A stretch of 64,000 nt of DNA from a virus, in IMG/VR virus record IMGVR_UViG_3300006738_000004, positions 36,936 to 100,935 of that record; one strand, written 5' to 3'. The position numbers and the translations under genes were made by a program. Below the pieces are notes generated by a model. That model saw only the letters and a list, made by a program, of their open reading frames with translations. It did no database searches and was not told the DNA's origin. Positions 48,602 through 56,707 of this stretch are shown here, piece by piece (the first letter of the stretch is position 1; each line of letters begins with the position of its first letter).

Positions 48602-49593
48602 GCGTTCGAGACCTATGGGATGAGTGTTACAGCGGGGAACATCGGAAAGGTTCCCCGGCTGAGTTCAAGCAGACCTTCTGCGGTCGCTGCCTCAATCCGG
48701 GGTGTGGGAACTCTCTCCAATCAGCCACTATTTGGCAGAAGCGCATGGCTACTCAGGAAGACGTGCTCCTGAACAACCCTCGCTTCGCCACTGAAGCAGA
48801 CTCACGCTTCAAGGACATCCGGGACCTTGATTTCCACGACATGGTGCAAAGTGCTTTGGCCTTGGAGGTGAGCGCCCAAAAGGGTGACTGGGCGGTCCCC
48901 ACAGAGGAGGAAATCGGCAAAGCAGCGGCAGAGATGGTGGGGGTAGTCGTGCCCTTGGTGCCAGAACCTGAACCAGAGCCGCCAAAGGACCATCCGCTCA
49001 AAGCCTTCAATGCCAAGGAGGCAGTACGGCGTGTTCGCAAAGCCTTGACCTTGGAAGAGGTTGCCTTCTTGTTGGACCCTGTTGAGGAAGGAGGGTCTCG
49101 GGAAACACGGAAGACGGTGCTCAAAGCAGCGCAAGACATGCGGGTGAAGCTCGAACCACCACCGGAGCCTGAGGAAATCCTCGAACTGGGCCATTGGAGA
49201 GTTCGAGGTGATTCAGGAGACATCTACGACGTAAAGCACTTCGTAGATGAGTCATGGTCCTGCATTTGTCCGGCATTCATCCACAAGAAAGTACCTTGCA
49301 AGCACGTTTTGGACATACAGCACCGCCTCGCCACCCTCCCTGAAGAGTCTGCGCCTATCGCTGCACCCCCTGCTGCTTTTGTGGCCCCGGAGACCCCTCC
49401 GGTTCCCTTTATGGGCCGTGTTGCCAGGAACACCGCAGTTCCTTCCGAGGGGTTGCTGGTAGGGGGTGCGCCTGCTGTTGATGACTGGGCTGCTCCCCCG
49501 CCAGCAGTAAGAAAACCGACAGAGCGGAAGATCGAACCAGGGGGTCGGATTGTTTTAGGTGCGGGTACTTCTAAGGGAGGAAACGATGAATGA
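48592..49593 (+). CDS. SWIM zinc-finger protein
   Basis: WSCICPAFIHKKVPCKHV (CxC...CxH); additional N-terminal Cys cluster. Confidence 0.75.
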   Translation: MEVSVRDLWDECYSGEHRKGSPAEFKQTFCGRCLNPGCGNSLQSATIWQKRMATQEDVLLNNPRFATEADSRFKDIRDLDFHDMVQSALALEVSAQKGDWAVPTEEEIGKAAAEMVGVVVPLVPEPEPEPPKDHPLKAFNAKEAVRRVRKALTLEEVAFLLDPVEEGGSRETRKTVLKAAQDMRVKLEPPPEPEEILELGHWRVRGDSGDIYDVKHFVDESWSCICPAFIHKKVPCKHVLDIQHRLATLPEESAPIAAPPAAFVAPETPPVPFMGRVARNTAVPSEGLLVGGAPAVDDWAAPPPAVRKPTERKIEPGGRIVLGAGTSKGGNDE

Positions 49594-50596
49594 TCCAACC
49601 AAACTACTGGCCGAGGCAAATGCCTTGGTGATGCAGATACCCGGTGCTGCTGACATTATTGCGGCTACGCAAAAGGGTGATCACACTCCCATGGAGGCTG
49701 CTGCGCTGTTGGCGGGTCTGTTGGAACGCAACAAGAAGCAAGCGTCTGCGTTGAACGAACTCATTCGGGTTGAGGGGCAGGCTGCCCCGTTGGTGATGGA
49801 GCACGACAACGGGGCCTCGATGCTCAACCCTTTGGTGGAGGCAGCTATCATAGAACGCTCCAGCATCGACGGTGACGTTCCCGAATGCCGCTCTGGGCCA
49901 CTCCCGGATGGGGCCTTCCCTGCGGTTCCAGTAAAGACTGTCTCCCCGGACCCGGTGCTTGTAGGGGTGATGCTTCAGCGAGCCTCTGAGCAAGTGCAAG
50001 GGGAGTTGAAGCTCGCCTTTCAGGAACACAAGGCCATTTGTGCCACCAAACAGGCCACCATCAAAGCCCTGATCGACTGTGGCGACGACGATGAGAAGGT
50101 AACGGCACTGCTTGAGAAGGCCAAGAAGGACCTTCCAGCACCTCCAACGGGGGTGGGCGGCTACGAGGCGGGGGCGCTCCCGGCGTTGAGGGAGGTCCCA
50201 GAACCATCTCCCATTGAACTGGCGGTCCTTACCGAAGAGGCTCGCCAAAAGGCTGCTTACTTGGCAGTGGCAACTACCCAAGGCCGAAGGTCATTGAGGC
50301 CCGTGGTGGAAGAACTGGTACGCCAGGAGTTGGCTGACCATGGGGTTTCTGTGGAAGTGGGAGAGGTCGTTGATCCGACCCTCCAGGCTGTCTGGGTCGT
50401 GGAGGTTCATGGACCCGATGAGATCAGCGACGAGTTCTCCCCAGCTAAAACTGCGGCCATCACTTTGGCCCAAGATTTGGTAGGGGGAGGGGCTGCGGAC
50501 ATGGTATCCCCCGTACTAACAGTAAAGGCGATCAACGCTATTGCGGATCGTCAGTTCGGCTGGAGTGCTCTACTGAAACCCAAGGAGGACGTATGA
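49586..50596 (+). CDS. hypothetical protein
   Basis: GGGAGG RBS before ATG 49586. Confidence 0.7.
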   Translation: MNDPTKLLAEANALVMQIPGAADIIAATQKGDHTPMEAAALLAGLLERNKKQASALNELIRVEGQAAPLVMEHDNGASMLNPLVEAAIIERSSIDGDVPECRSGPLPDGAFPAVPVKTVSPDPVLVGVMLQRASEQVQGELKLAFQEHKAICATKQATIKALIDCGDDDEKVTALLEKAKKDLPAPPTGVGGYEAGALPALREVPEPSPIELAVLTEEARQKAAYLAVATTQGRRSLRPVVEELVRQELADHGVSVEVGEVVDPTLQAVWVVEVHGPDEISDEFSPAKTAAITLAQDLVGGGAADMVSPVLTVKAINAIADRQFGWSALLKPKEDV

Positions 50597-50913
50597 GTAT
50601 CGGAAACTGCATGGGTAGAACTATCGAGAGAACTTCGGGGCACGGGCATCTGGTAGTAGTAGTGCCAGAGACTCGTCTCAAGGAAGCATTGAAACACGCA
50701 AGTGTCTCGGTGCCCGAAGGCTCCTGGTGCGGGGGAACCACTTGGGTCACCCCTACCGGAAAGAAGATCACTGTGACGTCCGTCAACGCCAAGCCGTTCA
50801 GCGACGAGTTCTCTCTCGCTTTGTGTGGCTGGGGTGATCGGGACCACACCCCCCAGTGGGAGAAGTTGAAGGGGTGGAAAGAAGCCTCTGGCAAGCAGCT
50901 TTGCTCGACATGA
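50593..50913 (+). CDS. hypothetical protein
   Basis: AGGAGG RBS; ATGA overlaps at both ends. Confidence 0.65.
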   Translation: MSIGNCMGRTIERTSGHGHLVVVVPETRLKEALKHASVSVPEGSWCGGTTWVTPTGKKITVTSVNAKPFSDEFSLALCGWGDRDHTPQWEKLKGWKEASGKQLCST

Positions 50914-51344
50914 GCCATGAAATCTGGACCGTGCAAGTGCAAGGAGGCACCCCTTTTGGCCTGGGGATTGCGGGCAACCCTCGCGTAGAACACAACGGGG
51001 GGATGTCAGTCTTTCATCTGGTGATCACTGAGCAGCAAGCTGAGGTCATCAAGGACATCGCAGAGCGTCGTGAGTGCAAGATTGAGATTCGGCCTATGCA
51101 GAAGCAGACAGATGAGCAGAAGTCCGAGAGGATGGCTCTCCTGGGCATTCAGCGAGGTGAGAAGTGCTGGCCCTGTGGGGCGTGCCCTAACTGTGCATGG
51201 TTTGACCCCCTTATTGAGGTAGGGGAGCCATGCGGGCATATCTCCTGGCCCGTGGAGACACGCGCTGCCTTTGAAGAGAGCGACAAGGCAGCCAAAGACT
51301 GGGAAGAGTGCCCCGTCAAAGAGCGGCTCTCCCAGGCGAGCTAA
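50910..51344 (+). CDS. hypothetical protein with Cys cluster (CxxCxxC...C...C)
   Basis: ATGA overlap; CWPCGACPNCAWF. Confidence 0.65.
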   Translation: MSHEIWTVQVQGGTPFGLGIAGNPRVEHNGGMSVFHLVITEQQAEVIKDIAERRECKIEIRPMQKQTDEQKSERMALLGIQRGEKCWPCGACPNCAWFDPLIEVGEPCGHISWPVETRAAFEESDKAAKDWEECPVKERLSQAS

Positions 51345-51553
51345 TCCTCATCCTCCCGGTCTGCGTCGTAGTTCTTCCAGTCCAGCCAGAAGCCTAACGC
51401 CACTATCAAGTGGAGGAAGGCTGAAGCAGCTACCTCCACCGTCTCATGGTAGTCGCTCAGGCTCAGATGGACATGGCCCACGATCCAAAAGGGGATTGCA
51501 AACTGCTGGCTGTACCAGATGAGAGCGAACTTACTGAACTTCTTGAACTTCAA
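51341..51553 (-). CDS. small two-TM membrane protein
   Basis: GGAGAGG RBS; two hydrophobic segments. Confidence 0.55.
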   Translation of the reverse strand: MKFKKFSKFALIWYSQQFAIPFWIVGHVHLSLSDYHETVEVAASAFLHLIVALGFWLDWKNYDADREDED

Positions 51554-51596
51554 CGACCTCTCCTGCCCTTTTCATCGTACCGGAGACTCGTTGTGG

Positions 51597-51624
51597 GGGG
51601 TTCTCAGAGGGACTCTTCCCCGTA
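51597..51624 (+). promoter_or_regulatory. class A motif
   Basis: GGGGTTC TCAGAGGGACTCTTCC CCGTA, 9 nt before ATG 51634. Confidence 0.75.
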
Positions 51625-51633
51625 GATAGAGGT

Positions 51634-52902
51634 ATGCGACTGCTCCCACAAGAAGTGCCGAGAGACCCTATTCATGCGGAGATCCTGCACGGGCTGGTGT
51701 CGAAGCGCCTTACACCCGACCAAGTGATGCCTTTGTTCGACATACCGGGCATTGGGTTCCATCGTGCCTTGTGGATATTGACCCTCTCAATGGCCTACTA
51801 CAAGTGGACGGGAAGCAACACCTTCGTCGTACCTGGGGCCATGCGTAAGGCCCTGGAGCAGACCTCCTTGGAAGAGGTCACAGCCGATGACTTGAAGTTG
51901 CCCTTCCCTTGCGTCTACATCGCGCTGCCTGGGTGTGACCTGGAGCTTTGGGGTGGCCCGAGAACCCAATGGCATGAGTGCGGGGGTGTGTTTTTGGTGC
52001 GTCCCACGCCTGAGGTGGGCCTCTGTGACGAGGGCCAAGACATCATCACGGTCTACCTGTGGGGCATGGAAAACGACAGGTCCGAGACAGCAGGGGACGA
52101 TGCGTCTTTCTGGCTCACCATCGACCTGAACGAGATGCGCCGGATGAGCTTGGACCTGGAGCAATACCTGTACATGCTCCTGGCTGATGAGAGCCGGGAC
52201 GAAACGTCCAAGGACCTGCTCCCGTTGGGCCTGCGTCTTGAGCTTGGAACGGAGATGCCCAAAGGAAAGAGGCGCAAGAAGCTGGTCAACAGCATGGTGT
52301 CGATCCTTCGGATTGCCATCAACACGCTTGTGTACCTCGACACGGACGAGCCTGATGTGACCCCGGACAAAGACTCAGCCAAGGTTGAGGCACAACGGCG
52401 GGAAACTCAAAAGGCCCTGGATCGGATCAAGAACCCCAACAAGAGCAGGGGTCGTCGCTTGCGGAAGAAGCTCGAAGACCTCCCTGAAGACAGGATTGTG
52501 TGGGTAGGAGGCTCCCTTACCAGCACTGAGCCGTCAGGTAAGAAGGGTTCGGCTGAGGCGAGGCGCAAGGCTGCTGAGCATTGGGTGAGGGGGCATTGGC
52601 GACCGAAGCGCCGGACCATCAAGGCCAAGATGGAAATAGCAAAGACGCTCTCGGAAACACAGAACGAAGCTGCCTTCAAGGCTATGGAACATGCCACCAC
52701 GCTCAAGAGTGGTGATGCCTCCAAGATCACTAAGGCACTCAAGGAAGCCCACAGGGCGCAAGAGGAAGCTGTTGAAGCCACCGCAGACTACACAACCCTT
52801 CAAGAGGAACTGGAAGGGCGCAGACGATGGATTCGGCCTTACCAGAGGAACAAAGGAGCGGAGCGGAAGGTAAAGTCTCATCTCTACGTCGTAGGTGATT
52901 GA
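51634..52902 (+). CDS. conserved phage hypothetical protein (HWVRGHWR...WIRPY family)
   Basis: LKLPFPCVYI and C-terminal H.VRGHWR / WI.PY motifs. Confidence 0.7.
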   Translation: MRLLPQEVPRDPIHAEILHGLVSKRLTPDQVMPLFDIPGIGFHRALWILTLSMAYYKWTGSNTFVVPGAMRKALEQTSLEEVTADDLKLPFPCVYIALPGCDLELWGGPRTQWHECGGVFLVRPTPEVGLCDEGQDIITVYLWGMENDRSETAGDDASFWLTIDLNEMRRMSLDLEQYLYMLLADESRDETSKDLLPLGLRLELGTEMPKGKRRKKLVNSMVSILRIAINTLVYLDTDEPDVTPDKDSAKVEAQRRETQKALDRIKNPNKSRGRRLRKKLEDLPEDRIVWVGGSLTSTEPSGKKGSAEARRKAAEHWVRGHWRPKRRTIKAKMEIAKTLSETQNEAAFKAMEHATTLKSGDASKITKALKEAHRAQEEAVEATADYTTLQEELEGRRRWIRPYQRNKGAERKVKSHLYVVGD

Positions 52903-53219
52903 TGGGTGATGACAAAAAGGTGGTGGATCTTGACCAGCATCGAATCAAGCTCGCTTTGGAGGGGGTGCGGGTTCCAGACCTGGACACTGACCCTGTGGCT
53001 TACATCGAAGGTGTGTGGGGGGAGGACGTTTACGGCTTCAACGCCGTAGTCAAAGACCTGGAAGATTTGCGGAGAGGGGGGACAGGTGGCGACTTGGGTC
53101 GTCCAAGGACGCACTACGAAGTAGAGTTACTCGTCAAGCATACGAGAGCTTTAGCCAATGACATTGCCCGCCACTTTGGGCTGGAACATTTGATACACAC
53201 CGAGGATGAACTGCCATGA
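52902..53219 (+). CDS. hypothetical protein
   Basis: Overlapping start/stop on both sides. Confidence 0.65.
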   Translation: MGDDKKVVDLDQHRIKLALEGVRVPDLDTDPVAYIEGVWGEDVYGFNAVVKDLEDLRRGGTGGDLGRPRTHYEVELLVKHTRALANDIARHFGLEHLIHTEDELP

Positions 53220-53587
53220 GACGACGAATCGCAAAGAAAATCGTACAGTTGTACGAGGACGGGGAGAGGGGCCACAGACGCCAAGCTGTGGTGGATGCCT
53301 TTACCAGGATGAGGATGGAAGTCCCGCAGCCCGAGGAGCCTGTTTCGGCCCCCGCGCAGAAGTTCGTGAAGAAGCCCCAACGAACCGAGGAAGAGATCAA
53401 GGCTGCGTTGTCTGCTGTCGTGAAGATCACGATGGACACCTTGGCGGGCAACTCGCCCTTTGAGGAAGCTGGCCCCGACCTCTCGTCCATGAAGGTGGGT
53501 GAACTGAAGGCTCTGGCAAAGGAGCGGGGTCTGACGGGCTACTCCAGCTTGAAGAAGGCTGAGTTGGTCAGCGCACTCTCCGCATAG
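53216..53587 (+). CDS. Rho-N (HeH) domain protein
   Basis: DLSSMKVGELKALAKERGLTGYSSLKKAELVSAL. Confidence 0.8.
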   Translation: MRRRIAKKIVQLYEDGERGHRRQAVVDAFTRMRMEVPQPEEPVSAPAQKFVKKPQRTEEEIKAALSAVVKITMDTLAGNSPFEEAGPDLSSMKVGELKALAKERGLTGYSSLKKAELVSALSA

Positions 53588-54191
53588 CCTTCTTCGTGGC
53601 CTTGTAGGTGCGCCTGCGGTGTCCCCAGCGCATGAGGAACCTTGCTGCCTTGCCTGACCTGTTGCACAGGTGGTAGAGGCGGCGTGCGTCCTTCGCATCC
53701 TTCATAGCGGTGTGGGAGCCGTCGGTGTCCCACCGTAGGAACTCTCGGATAGCGTCCATCGAGAGAGACTCCAGGCCACATGGCACGAGATGCTCATAGG
53801 CGAGGGTTACGGTATCTACCTTGTGGTAGGGGAGTTTCGGATTCCACCCGGCATTCTTGAAGGATGCGGAGAGCATGTCGATGTCGAAGCCCACGTTGTG
53901 GCCCACCAGGACGCATCCTTGGAGGGTTCCGCTAATCAGGTCAACGACCTCTCCCATGCGGGGGGCAGCCAACCAGCGGTCTGGGTTGGCCGCATAGCCG
54001 TTGATCTCCAGCGCCTTCGGATGGGCGAGTTCGATCTTCGCGGGCCGGATGAGGGACTGGTAGTACTCAACGCGCCCATCCGGCCATTCCTTCACGATAG
54101 CCACCTCGATGACCTCATGGGTCGCCGGGTCGAGTCCCGTAGTCTCGGTGTCGATGAAAGCGAGTGGTCGTTCGGAAATAGGGATACGCAT
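53568..54191 (-). CDS. DEDDh 3'-5' exonuclease (DnaQ/epsilon-like)
   Basis: IDTETTGL, GHNVGFD, VDT, HTAMKDA. Confidence 0.9.
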   Translation of the reverse strand: MRIPISERPLAFIDTETTGLDPATHEVIEVAIVKEWPDGRVEYYQSLIRPAKIELAHPKALEINGYAANPDRWLAAPRMGEVVDLISGTLQGCVLVGHNVGFDIDMLSASFKNAGWNPKLPYHKVDTVTLAYEHLVPCGLESLSMDAIREFLRWDTDGSHTAMKDAKDARRLYHLCNRSGKAARFLMRWGHRRRTYKATKKAMRRVR

Positions 54192-54210
54192 TGTTTGTGC
54201 CTATATTCTC

Positions 54211-54238
54211 TACGGTTTCCCAGGCGGTCTGGAACCCT
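54211..54238 (-). promoter_or_regulatory. class A motif (AGGGTTC variant)
   Basis: - strand AGGGTTC CAGACCGCCTGGGAAA CCGTA. Confidence 0.7.
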
Positions 54239-54240
54239 CT

Positions 54241-54255
54241 CGATGCTTTTCCTAT
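54241..54255 (+). promoter_or_regulatory. class B motif
   Basis: CGAT gcttttc CTAT upstream of 54298. Confidence 0.7.
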
Positions 54256-54297
54256 AAGCAGTTGTAGATAGTACCTTCCCCCGACAGGAGTTCTCAC

Positions 54298-54546
54298 ATG
54301 GCTATTCGATCTACTGCTTCAGCCTTTCAGCCCTCACCCCCCTACCTTCGCATCAGGCCAGCTTTCGGCAAACGCATCGGTGGGAATACGGGACGTAGCA
54401 CTGGTATGCGTGATGGTGCCGTTTCTTCGGCCTACTCGGCTGGTGCGGGAGCCTTCCAGAACGGCGGCAACGTCAAGCCCAATATGTGCTGTGCGCCCCC
54501 TCCGGGAGCAACTCGCATGTTCAAGATAAACGCCAAGATGGGATAA
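54298..54546 (+). CDS. small Gly-rich basic protein
   Basis: AGGAG RBS; class B motif upstream. Confidence 0.65.
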   Translation: MAIRSTASAFQPSPPYLRIRPAFGKRIGGNTGRSTGMRDGAVSSAYSAGAGAFQNGGNVKPNMCCAPPPGATRMFKINAKMG

Positions 54547-54547
54547 G

Positions 54548-54575
54548 GGGGTTCTGTAGCTTCTCCTGACCCGTA
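54548..54575 (+). promoter_or_regulatory. class A motif
   Basis: GGGGTTC TGTAGCTTCTCCTGAC CCGTA upstream of 54596. Confidence 0.75.
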
Positions 54576-54595
54576 AAGAGGGAGAGGAGAAGCTA

Positions 54596-55378
54596 ATGGC
54601 CCGCACTTTGTTCATAGGCGACGTTCACGGCATGGCCGATGAGTTGCGTCAGTTGGTGGAGCGACTGGACCCCCAAGCGGGTGATGCGGTCGTTTTCGTC
54701 GGTGACTTGGTGGACAAGGGACCGGATTCCGTTGCTGTGGTTCGCATGGCGCGGGAGATGGCTGAAGCTGGGTCTTTCCAGGTCGTGTTGGTTGAAGGCA
54801 ACCACGAGGACAAGCACCGTCGGTTCCGTCGGAATAAGACGTTGCGGCCTGAGGTTGCTGAACAGCAAGCTGCTCGGTCCCCCGTATTGGCTGAGGTCAC
54901 GGAAGCCTTGTCTCAAGAAGACGTGGCCTTCTTGGACTCTGCTGTGCCTTTCCACAAGGTCCCTGAACACGGCATATTGGTCGTTCACGGCGGTGTCCCT
55001 GGTGACATGGTGGAGTTCCCGGCTGAGACAGTCGAGGAAGCCGCTGCTTTGACGGGTAAGGCCAAGCGTCGGTTGCAGTTGTTGCAGCGCACTCGGTTCG
55101 TTTCTGTCAGCACAGGAGGCTTCTTGAAGTTGGGCACTGAATCCGAAGCTGATCCGTTCTGGGCTGAAGTCTTCGACGGTCGGTTTGGTCATGTTGTGTT
55201 CGGCCATGAGCCTTTCATGGATGGCCCCGGTATGTTCCCTCACGCTACAGGCGTGGACACGGGTGCCGTGTTCGGGGGGTCGTTGACAGCTTTGGTTGTC
55301 GAAGCCTCTGGAGAGCGGTCTTTCGTGTCCGTTCCTGGGCGTAAGTTCAGCGAGCGGTGGAGTTCCCCTGGCCGGTAG
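54596..55378 (+). CDS. calcineurin-like metallophosphoesterase (PrpE/ApaH/Pnkp-phosphatase-like)
   Basis: GDVHG, GDLVDKGPDS, GNHE, VHGG, VFGH, DTGAVFGGSLTA. Confidence 0.9.
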   Translation: MARTLFIGDVHGMADELRQLVERLDPQAGDAVVFVGDLVDKGPDSVAVVRMAREMAEAGSFQVVLVEGNHEDKHRRFRRNKTLRPEVAEQQAARSPVLAEVTEALSQEDVAFLDSAVPFHKVPEHGILVVHGGVPGDMVEFPAETVEEAAALTGKAKRRLQLLQRTRFVSVSTGGFLKLGTESEADPFWAEVFDGRFGHVVFGHEPFMDGPGMFPHATGVDTGAVFGGSLTALVVEASGERSFVSVPGRKFSERWSSPGR

Positions 55379-55384
55379 GTCGGG

Positions 55385-55413
55385 GGGGTTTCTTCCTTAT
55401 TGCCAGCGGGTAT
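55385..55413 (+). promoter_or_regulatory. class C motif GGGGTTT-N16-GGGTAT
   Basis: Intergenic, upstream of 55441. Confidence 0.6.
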
Positions 55414-55440
55414 CAATACCTGTTGTCGGCTGGAGGCCCA

Positions 55441-55938
55441 ATGAAAATGGAAGACATGAAGGGGTGGACCATGGATGTGGTGGACCACCTCCTGAGCCAA
55501 GCAGTCACGTTCCGCAAAAAGGGAGATGAGATTCCCCCGACCTTCTTTTTGGTCTCGTTCCCGGAGAACGAAACCCCCTTGGTTTACCAAGTCGATCCCT
55601 CGAACTGGGGCAACGACAAGGAAGGTGTGGCTCAGCAGATCCGCGTCCAAAGTGAAGAGGTGGGTGCGCGGTACGTCATCCACCTGTGTGAAGCGTGGAT
55701 GTCTATCCCCTCCAACGAAGAAGCATTGGCGGCTGGGGCGTGGATAAACGCTGGCATGTCACTCGCCAGCTACCCGGACAAAACAGAGAACATCCTGCTT
55801 TCTGTTGACGGCCCTGACTTGAATCAGATTCTCATGCACCGAATCCACGACGACGGCTCCATCGGGGAGCGGGTGAACGTCGAGGGCGAGTACGGCGGCA
55901 ACTTCCACAACTTGTCAGGACACGTCGGCTGCAACTGA
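55441..55938 (+). CDS. hypothetical protein (EAW motif)
   Basis: GGAGG RBS before ATG 55441. Confidence 0.7.
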   Translation: MKMEDMKGWTMDVVDHLLSQAVTFRKKGDEIPPTFFLVSFPENETPLVYQVDPSNWGNDKEGVAQQIRVQSEEVGARYVIHLCEAWMSIPSNEEALAAGAWINAGMSLASYPDKTENILLSVDGPDLNQILMHRIHDDGSIGERVNVEGEYGGNFHNLSGHVGCN

Positions 55939-55940
55939 GG

Positions 55941-55955
55941 CGGTAGAGCCTCTAT
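55941..55955 (+). promoter_or_regulatory. class B motif
   Basis: CGGT agagcct CTAT upstream of 55970. Confidence 0.7.
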
Positions 55956-55969
55956 CCCCGTGGTGGTGC

Positions 55970-56707
55970 ATGGCGACCATCAAGCTAACCGGCCTCGGCT
56001 CTGCCTTCGGCATCACCACAGCAGGGACCGATGACATTTCATCGACCCCTGGTGGGTTGACGGTCGGGGACGCCGATACCGATGACATCACGATCAACGC
56101 TGAGTTCACTTCCAGCTTGATTCCAGACATAGACAACGCGGTAGACCTGGGAAACGGGGATAAGTCGTGGCGTGAGATATGCCTGGGGACCGCGATCAAC
56201 CTCCATGGCACCGGCAATCTCGGCCTGCGGCTTGTGTGGGAAGACCCAACGATTCAGGACGAGACTATCACCCTCCCAGCCAGGAGCGGTCACGTTGCCT
56301 TGGAGGGTTTCCTACCCTCCTACCTGTCCTTCGGGAAGAACAACGCCCAGTCAGCAGACCTCACCGACTTTGAACTCTCCACCGTCAACGGGTCAACGAA
56401 CGCACGGGGGTGGAGGATGCCTGTCCCCGGTGCGGTCACCCACATAAGTTGTCAGTACGATGCGACCGCAAGCGGAGGCACCAACAGTTTCACCCTCGAC
56501 CTCTACAAGAACGGTGTGAAGGAAGTCGGGTACAGCCTCGTTATGAACGACGTCACTTCGGGTGACCAGGGGGACCAAGTGGCGTTCTCGCCGCATCTTC
56601 CCTTTAGTGCTGGTGACAGTCTGACATTGAAACTCACCATGACAGCGGGGCAGGGTGACACGTTCACTATGGATGACTTGGCGTGCCTCTTGAGGGTTCT
56701 GAACTGA
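55970..56707 (+). CDS. virion fibre/decoration protein
   Basis: LIPDIDNAVDLG...W.E and TITLPARSG.VAL fibre motifs; C-terminal beta-sandwich. Confidence 0.65.
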   Translation: MATIKLTGLGSAFGITTAGTDDISSTPGGLTVGDADTDDITINAEFTSSLIPDIDNAVDLGNGDKSWREICLGTAINLHGTGNLGLRLVWEDPTIQDETITLPARSGHVALEGFLPSYLSFGKNNAQSADLTDFELSTVNGSTNARGWRMPVPGAVTHISCQYDATASGGTNSFTLDLYKNGVKEVGYSLVMNDVTSGDQGDQVAFSPHLPFSAGDSLTLKLTMTAGQGDTFTMDDLACLLRVLN

